A stretch of 64,000 nt of DNA. It comes from Candidatus Aenigmatarchaeota archaeon. GTDB lineage: Archaea > Aenigmatarchaeota > Aenigmatarchaeia > CG10238-14 > WAMV01. A program made the position numbers and the translations under genes. Below are positions 47,471 through 57,059 of the stretch, in pieces. Within the stretch, counting starts at the first letter, position 1. The number at the start of each line of letters is the position of its first letter. The stretch covers positions 15,470 to 79,469 of the forward strand of contig WAMV01000007.1 in assembly GCA_015522145.1 (NCBI GenBank), written 5' to 3'. The notes beneath the pieces were generated by a model. The model made no database searches, was not told the origin of the DNA, and saw only the letters and a list, made by a program, of their open reading frames with translations.

Positions 47471-48702
47471 ACAAATCTACCAAGAGTTTTTTGTTTGTTG
47501 GTTAAAATGTTTAATGCTTTATCAACATCTTCTTCCAAAATCCTCATTATTTCTTCGTAGTCAATCAAATTAAAGTCAAACCCCATAGCTTCTAGATTCT
47601 TCCTTAGAATATTTGCGGAAATTTCCTCTATTGATAAAGATTTGTCCCTTATCTCCCTTAATAGCTCAATACTTTTCCTGTATTCCTCAGAAATTATTTC
47701 TTTAGAAATTTTGACTATGGCTTTTTCTTTGAATTGATTTTCTATCTTTTTTATATTAGCTTCCCATGTTTGGTTAGCTTTTGTAATTACTTTAACCTTT
47801 ATTATGGGTTTTTTAGAAAATTGCTGAGAAAGTGCTTTAGATATTTTCTCCTTTATATCATCTTCGCTTACAACATCCTTTCTAATCTCTAGATAAATGA
47901 ACTTTCTTTGATTTTTAAAGGGTATGAATTGAATATCAAAATTATTTTCGTTGATAGTTATTTTGTAGTACCCCTTTTCTTCCTCAGATTCGTTTTTTTC
48001 AAATTGAGTGACTATGGAGCTTCCTGTTATGAGTAGGGTTGTGTTCCCTATTTTATCAATAGCTTTTTTATGAACATGTCCATTTATAATCAAATCAAAA
48101 CCTTTTGGTAAATCCCCAATTCTAATGCTTGGTATGTCTAGGGGCGAATATACATAGGGGTGTACATTCTGATGAAGCATTAATATATTAAAAGCGTTCT
48201 CCAAAGGCTTTGGATTCCAATTTTGAAGCATTTGTAACGCATAAGCTTCTGGTACATTGCTCATACCAAATATAGCCACTTTCATGTCATCTTTCTCAAA
48301 AACCAATCTGTTTTGATGTAGATGGATTAAAAATCCTCCCCTCTCTAAAGCTTGAACGGGATTTATTTCACTTCTTGTTCTTCTTTCATGATTTCCATGC
48401 AAAGCAATAACAGGAATTGAGCTAAGAGTTTTTGATGAAGAATCGAGTAGCTCTTTATCTGCATCTATAAGCTTAATTTTGGATTTTCCTTTTAAAGGAA
48501 CTGAAAATACTTGCAAAGCTTTACCCCAAGTTGCTGTTCTTGGACTTCTGCTATCAAATATATCACCAGCTACCAGAATCAAATCACAATCCAGCATATT
48601 TTCAAAAGCTTCTCGAGCTAACTCAAAGCTATCGTTTTCATACTCTGTATTGTAACCAAAACCCAGGTGCAAATCTGAAATTACTCCAATCTTTATAGAC
48701 AT
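47467..48702 (-). CDS. mre11: Mre11 nuclease
   Basis: SDLHLG, GDIFD, GNHE, LHQ and GHVH motifs; coupled to rad50. Confidence 0.93.
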   Translation of the reverse strand: MSIKIGVISDLHLGFGYNTEYENDSFELAREAFENMLDCDLILVAGDIFDSRSPRTATWGKALQVFSVPLKGKSKIKLIDADKELLDSSSKTLSSIPVIALHGNHERRTRSEINPVQALERGGFLIHLHQNRLVFEKDDMKVAIFGMSNVPEAYALQMLQNWNPKPLENAFNILMLHQNVHPYVYSPLDIPSIRIGDLPKGFDLIINGHVHKKAIDKIGNTTLLITGSSIVTQFEKNESEEEKGYYKITINENNFDIQFIPFKNQRKFIYLEIRKDVVSEDDIKEKISKALSQQFSKKPIIKVKVITKANQTWEANIKKIENQFKEKAIVKISKEIISEEYRKSIELLREIRDKSLSIEEISANILRKNLEAMGFDFNLIDYEEIMRILEEDVDKALNILTNKQKTLGRFV

Positions 48703-48740
48703 AATTAACTTTTTATAAGAAACTAATTAATCTTAAGTAT

Positions 48741-50132
48741 ATGCGCAGCCTCAGTTTATCTAATATCTTGTTTTACGGTAGCGCTCTAACAATTTCCTTT
48801 CTGATATTGACTTTCATTTCACCCTTTAATCTAACTCTATTTGTCCAATATTATTTATCAAGTAGACCTGACATAGTCCTCATGGGATTAATTGTAATAG
48901 TGGCATTTTCTTACTCCTTATCGTATTTCATGGAATATTTAGCAAAGAGATTTGAATTCTTGTTAAAACCTTATAAAAATTTGTTTGTTGTCAGCTCTGT
49001 TGTGTTTTACATAATTTCATTTGTTTTAATGTTAGGCAACACATCTTACAACATTTTTTCTTATGTTGAGATGAACAACTTCATTTATACACTTCTCAAC
49101 TTTATTCTTTTAGCTCCTATTATAGCATATACATCCCTCTTTCTAGTCAACATTTTTGCATCAATAAAAGACAATACCATCAGGACATTTGGATCAGGCG
49201 GTCTACTAGCAGGCTTATTTTCAATGGGTTGTCCTACATGTGGTGCATTACTCTACTCACTAATAGGATTGAGTGCGGGCTTAACCTTATTTCCATTAAA
49301 CGGGCTAGAGATAAGGCTTGTCTCTCTTGGTCTCTTAGTTTATGCTTCCACAAAAATAACTCCTAAATTGTGTAAAGAATGTTTAGCTCCTAGAAGAAAA
49401 AACCAATTTGAAATAGTCGGCACAAGACCTTTGTTTGATAGTATAACAGACAAAATAATTCTAATTTCCTTTGTTGCCATGATTGGTTTAATAGGTTTTA
49501 ACCAACTACAAATACAAATGATAAACTCTTCTATTACATCACTTTCTTTAGCAGCTTTCGGAAGAGTTTCGGGAGCAAATTTAGATAATGTTGATGTTTA
49601 TAAAGTAAGTTCAACGGCTATGGCTATAGCTACGGTATTTCCAGAAATAAAGTCTGTATCTAGTATAGATGAAATAGCAAGTATTTTAATTCCAACCGGG
49701 ACCCCAGAATATAGTGAAGCTTTAGGAGGCATCACTTTTGATGATATTCCAAATTCATTAACATATTTATCCCGATGGTATTTCCAATTGAAAGATGAAG
49801 TAAAGAATAACGATCCCGAAACATGGCAGAGATACTTGAAGTTGGCAGCAGCTCCAAGAGGCATTAGCTGTGAGTTTTGTTGTGGTGTAGGACCTCAAGG
49901 TATAACTAGTGATGGAAACTTGAGATGTGGATGCTCGCATAATATTGCGTTACAAGCTTTAACATTAGGATTAATGAAGTACACGGATTATAGTGATGCT
50001 GAAATATTAAGAGAAGTGTTAAGATGGAAGGCGGCTTTCTTCCCAAGAGGAATGGTTAATCTAGCTGCCCAGACAATAGGCCAAGATCCCTCCCAGTTGG
50101 GTTCTCTTCCTGGAATGGTTGGTGGTTGCTAA
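48741..50132 (+). CDS. Cys-rich polytopic membrane protein ending LPGMVGGC
   Basis: Multiple TMs; GCPTCG, CKEC, CEFCCG and CGCSH motifs; C-terminal MVGGC. Confidence 0.8.
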   Translation: MRSLSLSNILFYGSALTISFLILTFISPFNLTLFVQYYLSSRPDIVLMGLIVIVAFSYSLSYFMEYLAKRFEFLLKPYKNLFVVSSVVFYIISFVLMLGNTSYNIFSYVEMNNFIYTLLNFILLAPIIAYTSLFLVNIFASIKDNTIRTFGSGGLLAGLFSMGCPTCGALLYSLIGLSAGLTLFPLNGLEIRLVSLGLLVYASTKITPKLCKECLAPRRKNQFEIVGTRPLFDSITDKIILISFVAMIGLIGFNQLQIQMINSSITSLSLAAFGRVSGANLDNVDVYKVSSTAMAIATVFPEIKSVSSIDEIASILIPTGTPEYSEALGGITFDDIPNSLTYLSRWYFQLKDEVKNNDPETWQRYLKLAAAPRGISCEFCCGVGPQGITSDGNLRCGCSHNIALQALTLGLMKYTDYSDAEILREVLRWKAAFFPRGMVNLAAQTIGQDPSQLGSLPGMVGGC

Positions 50133-50166
50133 AAATTTAAAAGGTATATAAACCATTTATATTGTT

Positions 50167-50406
50167 ATGAAAAGCAGGCAGAAGTTTGTTAGTGGCTGGG
50201 TTTTAATTCTAATTACATTAGTAATGATAACAATAACAGCTGTACAAGCTTATCAGTTAATGAACCTTCAGTCTCAAATTTTAACACTGTCCGAATCTTT
50301 AAAAGAATATAAGCCAGTCACGTCAACTTTATCTTCACCAGGTTCAAGCACTTCTCTCCTTCAGCAAAATTTACAAAATTTACCATCTATGGTAGGCGGT
50401 TGTTAG
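50167..50406 (+). CDS. small membrane-anchored protein ending LPSMVGGC
   Basis: N-terminal TM, Ser/Thr-rich linker, same C-terminal motif as the upstream gene. Confidence 0.8.
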   Translation: MKSRQKFVSGWVLILITLVMITITAVQAYQLMNLQSQILTLSESLKEYKPVTSTLSSPGSSTSLLQQNLQNLPSMVGGC

Positions 50407-50420
50407 AGAGGTGAATTAAG

Positions 50421-51800
50421 TTGAAAATGAAAAAACAAAAACTCTACTTTATATTTTTCGTTTCTATTCTTTTTGTTTTAGTCGTTTATAATTATTATTT
50501 GGCTCAACACACACAAACTCTAATTAATTTGGTTAATAGCCAAATCGAGGAGTTAAAAAAGCCCGTTAACTTAAAAATGATTATAATAGATGCCAATTGT
50601 GATGTTTGTTTCGATATAAAAGAGGTTGTAGATAACATTAGAAGTAATGAAAGAATAAACGTAACAGAAGTCGAAGTTTATTCTTTAACTGACAGTGATG
50701 TTAGAGCTCTAGTTTTATCATATTCCATAGATAGGCTTCCAACCGTGATACTAGAGGGTGAAATAGATAAAGTTCAGCTAGCAGGTTTTGAGAATAAAGG
50801 AAGCGCTTTAGTATTTACTGCTATAAACCCTCCCTACTACGATACTAAAAGTAAGAAAGTAGTTGGTTTAGTTAAAGCCATATACATAAATGCCAGTTAC
50901 TGTGATTTGTGTCGAGAAAATTATCAGACCATAGAATTTCTAGAGCAAAATGGTGTTGTTTTTGAATCTAAGCTTTTCTTAGATATAAACTCTTCACAGG
51001 CCCAACAAATAATAAACACATATAATTTAAAGAGTATTCCGGTGTTATTGTTATCTCAAGACATAGAAGCTTATAACATACAATTATCTGACTTAGGCCT
51101 AAATAAAGTGAATGATTTCTATATTGTCTATTCAGCACCACCTTATGTAGATTCTGAAAGTGGTGAGATTAGAGGCTTAGCTGAGCTTATTCTTTTGAGA
51201 AACAGTTCTTGCGACCAATGTTATGATGTTTCAATACATTCGGAGATTTTAAGAAATAGGTTTGGTGTAGCTATTATTAACGAAACTTATGTTGAAGTAG
51301 ATTCGGAATTTGGTCAACAACTCATTTCTAAGTATAATATAACAAAGATTCCAACGATCATAATTTTGGGTGATTTAGAACCATACACAGCTCTTAATAA
51401 TATATGGCCTAATGTGGGAAGCATTGAAAATGATGGAGCTTATGTTTTTAGAAATATGGATGCTTTGGGTAATGCTGTTTATATAGATCTAACGTTAAAC
51501 AAAATTGTTGGAGCTGAAGAAGTTAGAGAAATAGTAATAGCAGGTTCCGACTTCAACTTTACTCCCAACGAGATTAGAGTAAAAGTAGGTGAAAAGGTTA
51601 GAATAGTGTTTAGAAATGAAGGTGAAGTTGGACATAATTTGGTCATAGAAGGTTATAATATAGGAACTAATGTCATTCCGTCTGGGGCGACACAACCAAT
51701 AGAGTTTGTAGCAGACCAAGTAGGAGAGTTTGCATTCTACTGTAGTGTACCGGGTCACAGAGATTTAGGGATGGAAGGTTTGCTAATAGTTGAAGAGTAA
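50421..51800 (+). CDS. membrane-anchored triple thioredoxin-like + cupredoxin protein
   Basis: CDVC, CDLC and CDQC, each followed by a LPT/IPV/IPT cis-Pro-type motif; C-terminal type-1 Cu ligands GHN...CSVPGHRDLGM. Confidence 0.8.
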   Translation: MKMKKQKLYFIFFVSILFVLVVYNYYLAQHTQTLINLVNSQIEELKKPVNLKMIIIDANCDVCFDIKEVVDNIRSNERINVTEVEVYSLTDSDVRALVLSYSIDRLPTVILEGEIDKVQLAGFENKGSALVFTAINPPYYDTKSKKVVGLVKAIYINASYCDLCRENYQTIEFLEQNGVVFESKLFLDINSSQAQQIINTYNLKSIPVLLLSQDIEAYNIQLSDLGLNKVNDFYIVYSAPPYVDSESGEIRGLAELILLRNSSCDQCYDVSIHSEILRNRFGVAIINETYVEVDSEFGQQLISKYNITKIPTIIILGDLEPYTALNNIWPNVGSIENDGAYVFRNMDALGNAVYIDLTLNKIVGAEEVREIVIAGSDFNFTPNEIRVKVGEKVRIVFRNEGEVGHNLVIEGYNIGTNVIPSGATQPIEFVADQVGEFAFYCSVPGHRDLGMEGLLIVEE

Positions 51801-51862
51801 GCAAAGCTTTTATAAATCATACTACAATATTTTATCAATACTTTTTAAGGTGGTTGCTCCTT

Positions 51863-52486
51863 ATGGAAATGAAAAATTTGGTTAAGAAAACTGGTACAAC
51901 AACAGTGGGTATTGTATGCAAGGATGGTGTAGTGGTGGCTGCAGAAAAAAAAGCTACTATGGGTCATCTAGTAGCTTCTAAAGAGGCAAAGAAAATATTT
52001 GCCCTAAACGATAGAATAATGCTCACAACAGCTGGACTATCTGCAGATAATGATTCATTGGTTAGAGTACTTAGAGCAGAAATAAAGCTCTATGAATTGC
52101 AACATAAGAAAAGAATAAGCGTTGGTGCTGCAGCAACTTTGCTTTCAAACATACTTTACTCTGGTAGGTGGACATTCATACCTTACATGGTTCAACTGAT
52201 AATAGCTGGTATTGATGAAAAACCAAGGCTATATGATTTAGATGCTTATGGAGCCAAAGAAGAACAAACAACGTTTTTTGCTACAGGCTCTGGTTCACCT
52301 TTTGCTCTTGGCGTTTTGGAAGCTGGTTATAGTAGGGATATAAGCGTGAAGGAAGCTGAAGAGTTGGCAATAAAAGCAATAAAATCTGCTGTTGAAAGAG
52401 ATATAGGCTCTGGAGGAAATGCTATAGATATTGGTATAGTAACTGAGAGAGGTATAGAGATTAAGACAATTCCTTTGCAGAAATAA
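51863..52486 (+). CDS. psmB: proteasome beta subunit
   Basis: KTG|TTTVG propeptide junction; ATGSGS and RDIGSG motifs. Confidence 0.96.
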   Translation: MEMKNLVKKTGTTTVGIVCKDGVVVAAEKKATMGHLVASKEAKKIFALNDRIMLTTAGLSADNDSLVRVLRAEIKLYELQHKKRISVGAAATLLSNILYSGRWTFIPYMVQLIIAGIDEKPRLYDLDAYGAKEEQTTFFATGSGSPFALGVLEAGYSRDISVKEAEELAIKAIKSAVERDIGSGGNAIDIGIVTERGIEIKTIPLQK

Positions 52487-52517
52487 AAATTAATTTTCCT
52501 TTTGGAGGTGAAGAATT

Positions 52518-54389
52518 TTGGAAATTCTAGAGAAGCTTAAGGAAATTTTCCCAAAGGGAAGTATAAGCAAGATTGAGTTAGAGGCATCTGAAATTATAGT
52601 CTACACAAAAAACAAAGAGTTTTTCTTAAATTATGAGCCTTACGTTAAGGAAGCCGTAAGTCAGTTAAAGAAGAGAATTGAAGTCAGAGCTGAAAAAGAG
52701 TTGCTTATGGAAAAATCTGAAACTAAAAAGAAAATACAGGAAATTGTGCCTAAAGAGGCTCAGATAAACAAAATATATTTTGAGCCTGAGAGAAGCATAG
52801 TAATAATCTCTGCTGTAAAACCTGGCTTAGTTATAGGCAAAGGAGCAGAGAACCTTAAGAAAATAAAAAAATCCACTTTCTGGACGCCACGTGTAGAGAG
52901 AATTCCGCCAATAAAGTCTGATGTGGTAGCTGCTATAAGAAAGATGATGCACACAGAAATTAGATTCAGAAAAAAGTTTTTGAACAATGTTGGTAAGAGA
53001 ATTTTTGAAAAAAGAGAAACGAATAGGAAGTGGGTAAGGATAATTGGCTTAGGTGGGTGGGGGGAAGTTGGCAGAAGTTGTACGCTTGTAGAAACTCCTA
53101 AATCCAAGGTGCTTATAGATTGTGGTATAAGTGTTGGTGGCAAAGATCCAAACACAATGTATCCTTATCTTTACACAAAAGAGTTTGATCCTAATGAAAT
53201 AGATGCCATAATTTTAAGCCATGCCCACTTAGACCATTGTGGAATGATACCTTATTTGTATGAGATGGGTTATGACGGGCCTCTTTATGCAACTACACCA
53301 ACAATAGATTTGTTTGCTTTGCTATCATTGGATTATATAGACGTGTTGCAAAAAAGTGGTAAAAATCCTATCTACACAGCTAAAGGTGTTAAGGAAGCGG
53401 TTAGACATGCTATAATGCTTGAGTATAATGAAGTTACAGATATAAGCCCAGACATAAGATTAACTTTCCAAAATGCTGGCCATATATTGGGCTCAGCTTT
53501 GGTTCATTTGCACATAGGTAATGGGTTGCACAACATACTTTACGCTTTAGACCAGAAATTTGGAAGGAGTAATTTGCTAGAGCCTGCTTCAACAAATTTC
53601 CAAAGAGTTGAGACCTTGATAATAGAATCAACTTACGGTGCTAAAGAAGATGTGATGCCTCCTAGAGCTGAAGTAGAAAAACAATTAATGGAAGTTGTCA
53701 ACAGAACGATGGAAAGGAATGGTATTGTGCTCATTCCAAGCTTTTCCGTAGAAAGGGCTCAGGAAGTTATGGTAATACTGGCTAAGCATGGTTTTAGCTA
53801 TCCTGTTTACTTAGATGGTATGATTTGGGATGCTAACGGTATATTTACCGCATACCCAGAATATTTGTCAAAGTATATGCAAAAGCTTATTTTTAGTGGC
53901 AATGACCCATTCACAAACCCAATTTTTAAGAGAATAACAACAAGGCAAGAAAGAGAAAAGGTTTGGGAAGATAGACCTTGTGTAATAATTTCTACCAGCG
54001 GAATGCTTGTTGGAGGCCCAGCAATAGAGCACTTAAAGCATTTAGGTGGAGATGAAAGAAACACATTAGTTTTTGTAGGATTCCAAGCAGAAGGTACTTT
54101 AGGTAGGAGAATACAACGTGGCTTAAGGGAAATTCCTTTTGAAAACGATGAAGGTAAAACTGAAGTGCTCGAGCTAAAAATGGAGGTTGTTAGCATAGAA
54201 GGTTTGTCTGGCCACTCTGACAGAAGGCAACTGCTTGCATATGTTAATAATTTGCCTGTTAAGCCAAGAAAAATAATTTTGGTGCACGGAGATTACAGAA
54301 AAATGATAAGCTTGCAAGCCGCTTACCAAAAACTTTTTGGAATAGAAACTTACAGGCCAATAAATCTTGAAAGCATAAGAGTTGTTTAG
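52518..54389 (+). CDS. fttA: aCPSF1 / FttA transcription termination ribonuclease
   Basis: KH domains (PGLVIGK), HAHLDH, AGHILGS and SGHSD motifs; conserved synteny with psmB. Confidence 0.95.
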   Translation: MEILEKLKEIFPKGSISKIELEASEIIVYTKNKEFFLNYEPYVKEAVSQLKKRIEVRAEKELLMEKSETKKKIQEIVPKEAQINKIYFEPERSIVIISAVKPGLVIGKGAENLKKIKKSTFWTPRVERIPPIKSDVVAAIRKMMHTEIRFRKKFLNNVGKRIFEKRETNRKWVRIIGLGGWGEVGRSCTLVETPKSKVLIDCGISVGGKDPNTMYPYLYTKEFDPNEIDAIILSHAHLDHCGMIPYLYEMGYDGPLYATTPTIDLFALLSLDYIDVLQKSGKNPIYTAKGVKEAVRHAIMLEYNEVTDISPDIRLTFQNAGHILGSALVHLHIGNGLHNILYALDQKFGRSNLLEPASTNFQRVETLIIESTYGAKEDVMPPRAEVEKQLMEVVNRTMERNGIVLIPSFSVERAQEVMVILAKHGFSYPVYLDGMIWDANGIFTAYPEYLSKYMQKLIFSGNDPFTNPIFKRITTRQEREKVWEDRPCVIISTSGMLVGGPAIEHLKHLGGDERNTLVFVGFQAEGTLGRRIQRGLREIPFENDEGKTEVLELKMEVVSIEGLSGHSDRRQLLAYVNNLPVKPRKIILVHGDYRKMISLQAAYQKLFGIETYRPINLESIRVV

Positions 54390-55651
54390 AAAGGATAGGA
54401 AAGAGCAAGAGTAAATCTGAAAACTTCAAACATGTCTTGGTTGTAGGTTATAATGTAATCCTGAAAAACTCCATACTTCAAATAAGTTGGTATTTGCTCT
54501 TTTTTGTTGCTTGCCCAAATGATTAAAGCTTTAACTAAGTTAGCTTCAGCGTCATCTAATCCGTTTTTGAAAATGTTGAATGTCCAGGCTACTCTTTCTT
54601 GATTTCTCTCGTCTACTATAACTACAGGATATTCATGCGTTTGGTTTTTTGCAACAATTAAAATTCTTGTTTCATCATTATCGCTAGGTTGCATGAAAGC
54701 AAAACTATTTGGTAAGTAATTTTGGTATGAGAAATTTCTGTAGCTCAGTGTAACGAAGGTTTTGTTATAGCCAATATAGTTTAAGAACATGGTTTGAGAT
54801 TCTATAGAGAAAAGGCTACCTAGGGTTGTGTTTGCATCCAGGTCACCATTTCCGTCAGAATCATAATAAACAAACGTTGAATTACAGATTAAAAATCTAT
54901 GAGACCTAGAATAAAAGTCCAGAAAGAATTCTCTAGTTTCTGGATCACAGCCAGCTAGAGAAAAGGATGGTGTAGTGTTAAAGAATAAAGGCAAGTAAAC
55001 CAGATACTTATAAGCTTTGTAAGATTCGTAGCTAACATTTTTTGGTTTTATGATTGTTAGGTTAAGGTTGTTGTTTGCAATAGTTCCTGAATAGTTAAAA
55101 TTAAAGATTAATTTGTGTGTTTCATCTGGCTCTTGAATAATATCACTGAATTCAACTATACCATTTCCAGATGAAAGATATCTTTGCAATTCCTTTCTAT
55201 AGGGCGTTAAATTTTTGTATCCTATAATAACCAAAACGTCTGAAGACGGAATTTTGTCCAGATTTGTTTGGACAAAATTCAGAGTTACTGTTCGATTGTT
55301 GAAAAATAAAGTTTGTGTTTTGGAGAGTTCATTTATTTGAGCCTCGCTACAATTGCATGCTACTATTATCGTTTTTTTCAAAGCTCCTTGTGTGGAGCTG
55401 GCTGGAAGTAATGTAAAATTCTCATACTTAAGGTAAGAAAGAATATAGTTTTCCAGAGATATTTTGTCAAAAGCATAATGATAGCTAAGATTTTTCGCTT
55501 CAAGGGTCGAAAGAATATCCCTAGCAAAAATAACTAGCTTGGCTTGCTCCCAATAATTCTCAAAACTGAGATCTGGTAGAATATATGAAATGGCTATGAA
55601 TAAAATTACGCTGGCTGTAATCAGTTCTAGTACGGAAACTATGCCCTTCAT
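54386..55651 (-). CDS. large pilin-like protein (class III signal peptide)
   Basis: MKG|IVSVLE followed by a hydrophobic helix; in the pilus locus. Confidence 0.65.
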   Translation of the reverse strand: MKGIVSVLELITASVILFIAISYILPDLSFENYWEQAKLVIFARDILSTLEAKNLSYHYAFDKISLENYILSYLKYENFTLLPASSTQGALKKTIIVACNCSEAQINELSKTQTLFFNNRTVTLNFVQTNLDKIPSSDVLVIIGYKNLTPYRKELQRYLSSGNGIVEFSDIIQEPDETHKLIFNFNYSGTIANNNLNLTIIKPKNVSYESYKAYKYLVYLPLFFNTTPSFSLAGCDPETREFFLDFYSRSHRFLICNSTFVYYDSDGNGDLDANTTLGSLFSIESQTMFLNYIGYNKTFVTLSYRNFSYQNYLPNSFAFMQPSDNDETRILIVAKNQTHEYPVVIVDERNQERVAWTFNIFKNGLDDAEANLVKALIIWASNKKEQIPTYLKYGVFQDYIITYNQDMFEVFRFTLALSYPF

Positions 55652-56149
55652 TCAATCACCTACTGAAACTATGAGCGTTGCTTCTGTATTATTAACTATT
55701 ACAAATCTTGTTAAGCTAGCTTTTTCCCTTAACTTGCCAAGACAGCTCAGATACAGTATTTTTTTATCAGAAGAAAAAATTGTTAAAGAAAAATTGTAAT
55801 TAGAGGCTAGAAGGTTTTTAACAAGAGAGTAATTGGACTGACATGTCTGATTTAACTGTGTTATTTTCTCTATAGATAGATAGTTTGACATATTATAGTT
55901 TTCGTCCATTAACCCAATGTAAATTATTTGTGAAGCTGGTAAGGTTTGCCAATTTGCAGGCTTGCCTGGTGTTGCAACTAGCAATTGGGAAATTCTGTAA
56001 GCTTCTGTGTTGAAGATTTGAAGCTCTTCGGCTTGTGAAAAATATATGTGATAAGGCAAAAGTTGTATGAATAAATAAGATATTAGGATTATGAAAACTC
56101 CCAGAGCTAGATAAAAGTCATAGCTGATTTGGGATTTATAGTAAGACAC
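55652..56149 (-). CDS. minor pilin-like protein
   Basis: KS|QISYDF followed by a hydrophobic helix; TPGKPANW. Confidence 0.7.
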   Translation of the reverse strand: MSYYKSQISYDFYLALGVFIILISYLFIQLLPYHIYFSQAEELQIFNTEAYRISQLLVATPGKPANWQTLPASQIIYIGLMDENYNMSNYLSIEKITQLNQTCQSNYSLVKNLLASNYNFSLTIFSSDKKILYLSCLGKLREKASLTRFVIVNNTEATLIVSVGD

Positions 56150-57059
56150 CCAACCTCACCATAACACTAAACGTTGCTATAGTTATGCCCAACATAATTG
56201 TGCTATGCTTTAAGCCAGCTATGTAAGAGTTTTCTGTTATCTGACCCACAACCAAACCTGCAAAGAAAGCCTGTATGACAGCCATGTAAAAGAATAAGGA
56301 TAAATAGTAGGATGAGGGGGAGGCAGGATCTACAGAGAATAGGTTTGATGAGGTTGATTCATAAAGAGAGCAGATGTAGCAACTTAAGTCTACACAGGTA
56401 TTACATGGATTCTGTATTCCTAGTTCTGGAACCTCTACTAACGTTGAGAGAAACATGGGCATGATAAGCCTGTTTATGCTTACTATGATTACTATAAAAA
56501 TCAGAGTTATTGCATAGATTACTAAAACATATTGGTTTATGATACTTCTCTTCTCCTTTTCCGCTTCTTCAAGCATCCTTAGATTGTTTACAACAGAGTC
56601 TAGAGTAGAAACTAGATCTCCGCCAAGCAGGTAAGCTTCTTTGATTATTTCAACGCTTCCCGCAATTCTTCTAGATTTTACTTTTTTGGCAAACTCTGTT
56701 AAAACTTTTTCTACCGGTATCCCCCAGCTAATTTTGTTGGCCATGCTTTCTACTTCTTTGGAAAGTCTTCCATAATTTATCTTCTTTAGGTTGTATATTG
56801 CTTCCGACAAAGACATGCCAGACCTTATGTTTTCTTGCAAGTCCCTAACAAAAACTGGAAACTTTTCTTCCATTTCTCTTATTTCTTTATGAGCTTGGTA
56901 TCTGAGAAAAACCGCAACTATAAAAAGCTCTACGCTGGCAAACAATATCATATTGCCTAAAACTCCTACATCAGAACTTAAATAACCAAAGAAAATCATT
57001 ATGCTGGCTAATAAAATTGCTATTAATATTATTTGCGTGTTTTTGCTTATTTTCATCAT
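56136..57059 (-). CDS. type IV pilus membrane platform protein (TadC/T2SSF family)
   Basis: FPVFVRDL, YGRLS and GLVVGQI...GLKH motifs. Confidence 0.88.
   Translation of the reverse strand: MMKISKNTQIILIAILLASIMIFFGYLSSDVGVLGNMILFASVELFIVAVFLRYQAHKEIREMEEKFPVFVRDLQENIRSGMSLSEAIYNLKKINYGRLSKEVESMANKISWGIPVEKVLTEFAKKVKSRRIAGSVEIIKEAYLLGGDLVSTLDSVVNNLRMLEEAEKEKRSIINQYVLVIYAITLIFIVIIVSINRLIMPMFLSTLVEVPELGIQNPCNTCVDLSCYICSLYESTSSNLFSVDPASPSSYYLSLFFYMAVIQAFFAGLVVGQITENSYIAGLKHSTIMLGITIATFSVMVRLGVLL

Noticed and set aside
50120-50406. Selenocysteine or pyrrolysine read-through after the GGC tails
   Set aside because: The stops are TAA and TAG, they differ between the two genes, and no pyl/sel genes are in the window.
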